In this document: positions 59,009 through 64,000 of the stretch, one piece after another
Layout of the letters: the number at the start of each line of letters is the position of its first letter
Position numbering within the stretch: the first letter of the stretch is position 1
DNA from: Gammaproteobacteria bacterium
GTDB taxonomy: Bacteria > Pseudomonadota > Gammaproteobacteria > Eutrophobiales > Eutrophobiaceae
Assembly (NCBI GenBank): GCA_965215365.1
Contig: CBDCDS010000003.1
Coordinates: 1,184,001 to 1,248,000, forward strand
DNA: 64,000 bases
Direction of reading: 5' to 3'
Position numbers and translations under genes: made by a program
The notes under the pieces: model-generated
What the model saw: only the letters and a program-made list of their open reading frames with translations
The model's database searches: none
What the model was told of the DNA's origin: nothing

Positions 59009-60437
59009 TAACAGTTTTATCCCCGGAGAACATGCACAAATCCTGGTAGTCGGTGACGTGATGCTGGACCGCTACGTCTATGGCGACGCCAGCCGCATTT
59101 CTCCGGAAGCGCCGGTGCCGGTAGTCAAGGTGGCGCGGGTCGAGGAGCGCCCTGGCGGCGCCGCCAACGTGGCCGCCAACATTGGCCGCCTGGGGGTCAA
59201 GGTCAGTCTGGCAGGCATAACCGGGGATGATGAACAGGCGCGGGTTCTGGAAGCGGCATTGGCGGAGTCGGGAGTGGGTTATGGCTGTTGTCGTCTGTCG
59301 GGCGCGTCCACTATAACCAAAGTGCGCGTGTTAAGTCAAAACCAACAGTTGTTGCGTTTAGACTACGAAGATGAATTGCCCGCTCCGGCCGCGGCGCGCC
59401 TCGTTGACAGTTTTCCCGAGCAACTGCTCGCGGCCACTCTGGTGGTGGTGTCTGATTATGCCAAGGGCACGCTGGCTCAGGCGCCGGCCCTGGTCGAGCT
59501 GGCGCGCGCGCGCGGCTTGCCGGTACTCATCGATCCTAAGGGTACGGATTTTTCCCGCTACCGGAACGCCTCAATATTGACGCCGAACTACCGGGAATTT
59601 ACGGCTGTAGCAGGTAGCTGCCGAGGCGAGGATGAACTGCGAGATAAGGCCGTGGCCCTGTGTGAGGCGCTGTCGCTGGAAGCTTTGCTCATTACCCGAG
59701 GGGCGCGCGGCATGACCCTGGTGGAGCGGGCCGGGCCTGAGTTTGTCGAGCTGCCGGCCGAGACCCATGAGGTGTTCGATGTAACCGGTGCCGGCGACAC
59801 CGTCATCGCCACGGTTGCCGCGGCTCTGGCATCCGGCTACAGCCGGCGCGCAGCCGTCAGCTTCGCCAACGCGGCCGCGGGCATTGCCGTGGAAAAGCTG
59901 GGCGCGGTCACCGTGAGCGCGGCGCAGCTGAATGCCCGCTGCGGGCGTCCCGCGCGCAAGCTGCTGACGCTCGATGAATTACTGCAAGCGCGCGCACACT
60001 GTCGGGGCCGGGGTGAGAAAATGGTACTGACCAACGGCTGTTTCGACCTGTTGCATGCCGGTCATGTCGAGTGCCTGGAGCAGGCCAGGGCACTGGGTGA
60101 CCGGCTGGTGGTAGCGGTCAACGATGATGCCTCCGTGCGCCGGCTGAAAGGCTCCGGGCGGCCGTTACAGGCGCTGGATAAACGTCTTAAGACCTTGGCG
60201 GGACTGACTGCGGTGGACTGGCTGGTGACGTTCTCCGAGGATACGCCGGCGCGCCTGGTGCAGGCGCTTGACCCCGACTTGTTGGTCAAGGGCGGCGATT
60301 ACACGCCGGACCGCATCGCTGGCGCCGCGCAGGTGCGGCAGCGTGGCGGGCAGGTCGTTACCTTGCCACTGCTGCCGGGCTGTTCCACCAGCGCACTGGC
60401 GGAGGCGCTCAGGAAAGCCGGGCGGGAGGAGCCATGA
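59001..60437 (+). CDS. hldE: Bifunctional heptose-7-phosphate kinase / heptose-1-phosphate adenylyltransferase (MITE-derived ATG; original ATG 58753)
   Basis: GDVMLDRY, RISPEAPVPV, DVTGAGDT, TNGCFDLLHAGH, LVKGGDY. Confidence 0.96.
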   Translation: MRANSFIPGEHAQILVVGDVMLDRYVYGDASRISPEAPVPVVKVARVEERPGGAANVAANIGRLGVKVSLAGITGDDEQARVLEAALAESGVGYGCCRLSGASTITKVRVLSQNQQLLRLDYEDELPAPAAARLVDSFPEQLLAATLVVVSDYAKGTLAQAPALVELARARGLPVLIDPKGTDFSRYRNASILTPNYREFTAVAGSCRGEDELRDKAVALCEALSLEALLITRGARGMTLVERAGPEFVELPAETHEVFDVTGAGDTVIATVAAALASGYSRRAAVSFANAAAGIAVEKLGAVTVSAAQLNARCGRPARKLLTLDELLQARAHCRGRGEKMVLTNGCFDLLHAGHVECLEQARALGDRLVVAVNDDASVRRLKGSGRPLQALDKRLKTLAGLTAVDWLVTFSEDTPARLVQALDPDLLVKGGDYTPDRIAGAAQVRQRGGQVVTLPLLPGCSTSALAEALRKAGREEP

Positions 60438-61378
60438 TCATCGTCACCGGCGCCGCCGGGTTTATCGGCAGCAACCTGCTGCGTGGGCTGAACGCAGCGG
60501 GTCGCACAGACATTATCGCGGTCGATGACCTCACTGACGGCAGTAAGTTCAGCAATCTGGTGGCATGCGACTTGCTGGATTACCTGGACAAAGATGAGTT
60601 CATGGCGTCTCTGCCGCAACGGCTTGCCGGGGTGGAGGTGGTGTTTCACCAGGGCGCCTGCTCAGATACCCGCGTGCAGGACGGCAGGTTCATGCTGGCA
60701 AACAACTACACCTGGTCGCGGCGTCTGCTGGATGCCTGTCAGGATGCCGGCGTGCCGTTGATCTACGCCTCCAGCGCCGCGCTGTACGGCAACAGCCGGC
60801 GCTTTATCGAGGCGCCGCAGTATGAACGGCCGTTGAACGTGTATGGTTATTCCAAGTTGTTGTTCGACCGTTATGTGCGCACAGTGGCGGCGCAGTCGCA
60901 GACACCGATAGTCGGCCTCAGGTATTTCAACGTTTACGGTCCCGGGGAGCGGCACAAAGGCGCCATGGCCAGCATGATCTTCCGTTTGCACGAGCAACTG
61001 CTGAAAGACGGCGTTATGCAACTGTTCAAGGGCAGTGGTGGCTACGAGGAGGGTGAGCAACGCCGGGATTTTATTTATATTGATGACGTAGTGGATGTGA
61101 ATCTGTGGTGCATGCGACAACCCCAGGTGCGCGGTATCTTCAACGTCGGCTGCGGCAGCAGCAGGAGTTTTAACGATGTCGCCCGGCTGCTGGCGGACTG
61201 GCATGGCAAGGGCCGGGTAGAGTACATGGATTTTCCGCCGGACCTGCCGGCCACCTACCAGAGTTTTACCCAGGCGGATATCTCGGCATTGCGGGCGGCC
61301 GGCTACCGCAAGTCGTTCACCGGCCTGGAGCAGGGTATCAGGCAATATCTGGACAAGTTGGGCGGGCAACCGACCTGA
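60434..61378 (+). CDS. hldD: ADP-L-glycero-D-manno-heptose 6-epimerase
   Basis: TGAAGFIGSN, HQGACSDT, PLNVYGYSK, RYFNVYGP.E.HKG.MAS. Confidence 0.96.
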   Translation: MIIVTGAAGFIGSNLLRGLNAAGRTDIIAVDDLTDGSKFSNLVACDLLDYLDKDEFMASLPQRLAGVEVVFHQGACSDTRVQDGRFMLANNYTWSRRLLDACQDAGVPLIYASSAALYGNSRRFIEAPQYERPLNVYGYSKLLFDRYVRTVAAQSQTPIVGLRYFNVYGPGERHKGAMASMIFRLHEQLLKDGVMQLFKGSGGYEEGEQRRDFIYIDDVVDVNLWCMRQPQVRGIFNVGCGSSRSFNDVARLLADWHGKGRVEYMDFPPDLPATYQSFTQADISALRAAGYRKSFTGLEQGIRQYLDKLGGQPT

Positions 61379-62652
61379 TGCGGCTTTTATACAGTCTGGC
61401 GCTATACCTGTGCGCGCCGCTGGTGCTGTGTTACCTGCTGTTGCGGGGAGTGCAAAACCACGCTTACCGACAACGCATTCCCGAACGCTTCGGCTGCATC
61501 CGGGCGGCAGACTCCGTAGCACCGGTGATCTGGGTGCACGCGGTATCCGTGGGCGAGGTACAGGCCGCAGCCACCCTGGTGCGCCGGTTGCTCGACGCCT
61601 ACCCGCATTACCGGGTGTTGCTGACCACGGTGACGCCCACCGGCGCGGCGCAGGCCAAGGCGCTGTTCGCCGGGGCGGTGGAGCATCGCTACCTGCCTTA
61701 CGACCTGCCCCATGCCGTGCGTCTGTTCCTGCGCCGGGTCAAGCCGCGCCTGTTGGTGATCCTGGAAACGGAAATCTGGCCGAACTTGCTCTACCATTGC
61801 CACCGCCGCGGGATTCCCACAATTCTGGTCAACGCCAGATTGTCCGCCGCTTCCTACCGCGCTTACCTGAGGTTCCGGTGTTTATCCGCGCCGGCCGTGC
61901 GCTGGCTGAGCCATATCGCGGCTCGGGGCGAGCCAGACGCAACGCGCTTCTTGGCACTGGGTGCCGACCCGGACCGGGTCTCGATAACGGGCGACCTGAA
62001 GTTCGATATGGCCATGCAGGATGCTGCTGGGGTCAACGCGTCATCACTGCGGCGCACTGTTGCGGGCGCGCGTCCGGTCTGGATCGCGGCCAGCACCCAC
62101 GCCGCTGAAGAGGAGCCGGTGCTGGATGCCTTCGACCGGGTCCGGGAAACGGTTGCGGACTGCCTGTTGATCATTGCGCCGCGCCATCCCGAACGCTTCG
62201 ACCGGGTGTATGACCGCTGCCGAAGGCGTGGTCGGGTCGTTGTCAGGCACACCGACGCACCGCGCGCCGCACCTGAGGAGGCGGATGTTTACCTGCTGGA
62301 TACGCTGGGAGAACTCAGCCGCTTCTACGGCTGTGCCGATGTGGCCTTCATCGGCGGCAGTCTGACCCCGGCCGGCGGCCACAATGTGCTGGAAGCCGCC
62401 GCCCTGGGCGTGCCCCTGGTCACTGGTGAACATACCGCTAATTTCACTGAAATTATCGACCTGTTCAAGGCTGAGCAGGCGCTGGCAATCGTCGCCGATG
62501 CCGAACAACTGGCCGCGGCCGTGACCCGCCTGTTACAGGATGAGCCGCTACGACAAACCTGCGGCCGGCACGGTCAACGATTGGTACAACAGCAGCAGGG
62601 TGCCACCGACGCAGTCATGGCATTACTGGAACGATACTCGGGCCCCGGCTGA
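61378..62652 (+). CDS. waaA: 3-deoxy-D-manno-octulosonate transferase
   Basis: WVHAVSVGE, ETEIWPN, AASTH..EE, APRHPERF, GGHNVLE. Confidence 0.96.
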   Translation: MRLLYSLALYLCAPLVLCYLLLRGVQNHAYRQRIPERFGCIRAADSVAPVIWVHAVSVGEVQAAATLVRRLLDAYPHYRVLLTTVTPTGAAQAKALFAGAVEHRYLPYDLPHAVRLFLRRVKPRLLVILETEIWPNLLYHCHRRGIPTILVNARLSAASYRAYLRFRCLSAPAVRWLSHIAARGEPDATRFLALGADPDRVSITGDLKFDMAMQDAAGVNASSLRRTVAGARPVWIAASTHAAEEEPVLDAFDRVRETVADCLLIIAPRHPERFDRVYDRCRRRGRVVVRHTDAPRAAPEEADVYLLDTLGELSRFYGCADVAFIGGSLTPAGGHNVLEAAALGVPLVTGEHTANFTEIIDLFKAEQALAIVADAEQLAAAVTRLLQDEPLRQTCGRHGQRLVQQQQGATDAVMALLERYSGPG

Positions 62653-62732
62653 CGTTATGGCCGGCATCATTGATTTTAACGATATATCCATGTATCTTGG
62701 GAGCTCTATATGGTTATTGAGGAGATTGACCC

Positions 62733-63104
62733 ATGTTCAAGGCAACAACAATAATTCTGACCCTTGCGCTGCCCACAGTTGCGGCAGCCGCCGGATTTCC
62801 GACCGTTGAAACGGTCCGGCAGGTCGTCGGTTGCATGGCGCAACTTGGCGGTCAAACGGAAGAGAATTTATTGACATGCGCCTGTCGGCAGGACGTCATT
62901 GAGGCCGAATTGAGCTTTAACGCGTTCGAACAGGGCAGCCTGCAGGAGCGCTACAACAAAATGCCGGGCAAACGCGGCGGCCTGTTCCGCGACGATGAGG
63001 TCAGCAAGGGCCAGCTTGAGCAGTTAGAGGCCGTCAGGAAGCAAGCGGATACGATGTGTCCGGCAGTGAAGCGCGTCACCGCCCCGCCCCGGCCGGGGAA
63101 TTAA
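62733..63104 (+). CDS. Exported Cys-containing hypothetical protein
   Basis: GAGGAG RBS, signal peptide, FPT...V..CM..GG, CACRQD, C-terminal Cys. Confidence 0.7.
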   Translation: MFKATTIILTLALPTVAAAAGFPTVETVRQVVGCMAQLGGQTEENLLTCACRQDVIEAELSFNAFEQGSLQERYNKMPGKRGGLFRDDEVSKGQLEQLEAVRKQADTMCPAVKRVTAPPRPGN

Positions 63105-63112
63105 CGCTCGTC

Positions 63113-63137
63113 ATAGCGGGCAATCCTTGCCCGCTAT
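63113..63137. terminator. Hairpin between convergent genes
   Basis: ATAGCGGGCAA-TCC-TTGCCCGCTAT; no strong U tract. Confidence 0.45.
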
Positions 63138-63172
63138 CCAGTCTGTGACGAGCCGGCGTATCGCCGTCCCGC

Positions 63173-64000
63173 CTAATTGATCGCGAACTCAGACGACCAG
63201 TGCGCGTTTTTGGTGTCGGTTGCTTCCACCGTCAGCACGCCCTCGGTTTCCGGTACAAAGAAGAAGCGCAGGCTGGGGTCCATGCTGATGGCAAAGGTTA
63301 ATTGCGCTTTCATAATCGGCGCCCCGTTGTAGCTGACATTCAGGGTGTTGACAAAATGCGCGGGGGGGTGGACATGGGAGCCGATACGCAGCGGTTGCAG
63401 ACCGGTGATATTCGGATGTTTTATCTTCAGTTGTATCAGGTTCGGTTTGGCGTACTCGACATCCCCGATCAGCTTCATCTTCATCTCGCCCATATTGGCA
63501 ATGGAATCGTCGATACTTTTCGGCGGCGGCGCAGAGCAGGCGCCCATGGCGCGCACGAAGCTCTTGCCCATGTGCAGTTCGCCGTTATTCAGCTCGGCAA
63601 TCACGCGTACATAAGTGTGGTCGTTCACGCGCACGCGCAGGGCCAGGTCGGCCTTGCCGCTGTCCGGCGTAAAGTCGAATATGCCCACCAGCGGCACCGG
63701 GTTCTTGTCAATGAAAACATGCATGCGTTGCACGTACAGCTCATCGGTCTGAGGAAACCGGGTATGGATGGAGACCGGGGTCAGCGCCGCGTCTTCCGCC
63801 CGATACGGCGCCTTGACTTCCAGCACATTCTGCTCGGCATCCTCAAATATTTCCCGATCCTGGAACGTGGCTGCCCGCAGGTTCTCCTCCCAGGCCTCAT
63901 CCGACAGCTTCTGACGCCAATCGCTGGGCATGACGTCGGCCCACGCAGTGGTGGCGGTGATGAGTATTGCGGCGACAGATACAAATGCCTTGGCGATTAT
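63173..64000 (-). CDS. Quinoprotein dehydrogenase-associated SoxYZ-like carrier protein (5' end runs off the window)
   Basis: APYRAEDAA..PV, IDKNPVP, RVRVN..T.VR.IAE, GACSAP, HPNITGLQ, ISMDPSLRF; frame stays open with signal-like residues to 64000. Confidence 0.82.
   Translation of the reverse strand: MIAKAFVSVAAILITATTAWADVMPSDWRQKLSDEAWEENLRAATFQDREIFEDAEQNVLEVKAPYRAEDAALTPVSIHTRFPQTDELYVQRMHVFIDKNPVPLVGIFDFTPDSGKADLALRVRVNDHTYVRVIAELNNGELHMGKSFVRAMGACSAPPPKSIDDSIANMGEMKMKLIGDVEYAKPNLIQLKIKHPNITGLQPLRIGSHVHPPAHFVNTLNVSYNGAPIMKAQLTFAISMDPSLRFFFVPETEGVLTVEATDTKNAHWSSEFAIN

Overview
Chromosomal window of a GC-rich gammaproteobacterium. Lifestyle cannot be read from the sequence; a symbiont or MAG origin is only a guess from the high MITE and toxin-antitoxin load. 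From about 22.4 kb to the end it is mostly housekeeping: metA, pnp-rpsO-truB-rbfA-infB-nusA-rimP-tRNA-fMet, mrcB, adk, nlpD-pcm-surE, argF-argD, grxD, dnaQ-rnhA-mltD, aas, rpsP-rimM-trmD-rplS-xerD-dsbC and hldE-hldD-waaA. This part is peppered with MITEs/palindromes and one IS1634-family element with a 194-bp direct repeat. From about 1.8 to 22.2 kb is an accessory island holding the best candidate for an undescribed system: an ExbB/MotA-like channel, an ExbD/MotB-type membrane anchor fused to a vWA domain, a GarA-like FHA protein, a membrane PP2C phosphatase, a receptor with an apparently dead trypsin domain and a cytoplasmic FHA, and four copies (intact, IS-trimmed, MITE-split, internally deleted) of a nearly identical Ser/Thr kinase with swapped C-terminal membrane or FGE-lectin-fold modules. 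These genes are interleaved with about ten toxin-antitoxin/defence genes or remnants. Other highlights are a TA-targeting MITE whose ends carry a Shine-Dalgarno plus ATG and re-start the genes they interrupt, an IS66-type element carrying a DNA adenine methyltransferase, and nested hairpin repeats. All calls come from motif recognition and alignment by eye; no database searches were run.
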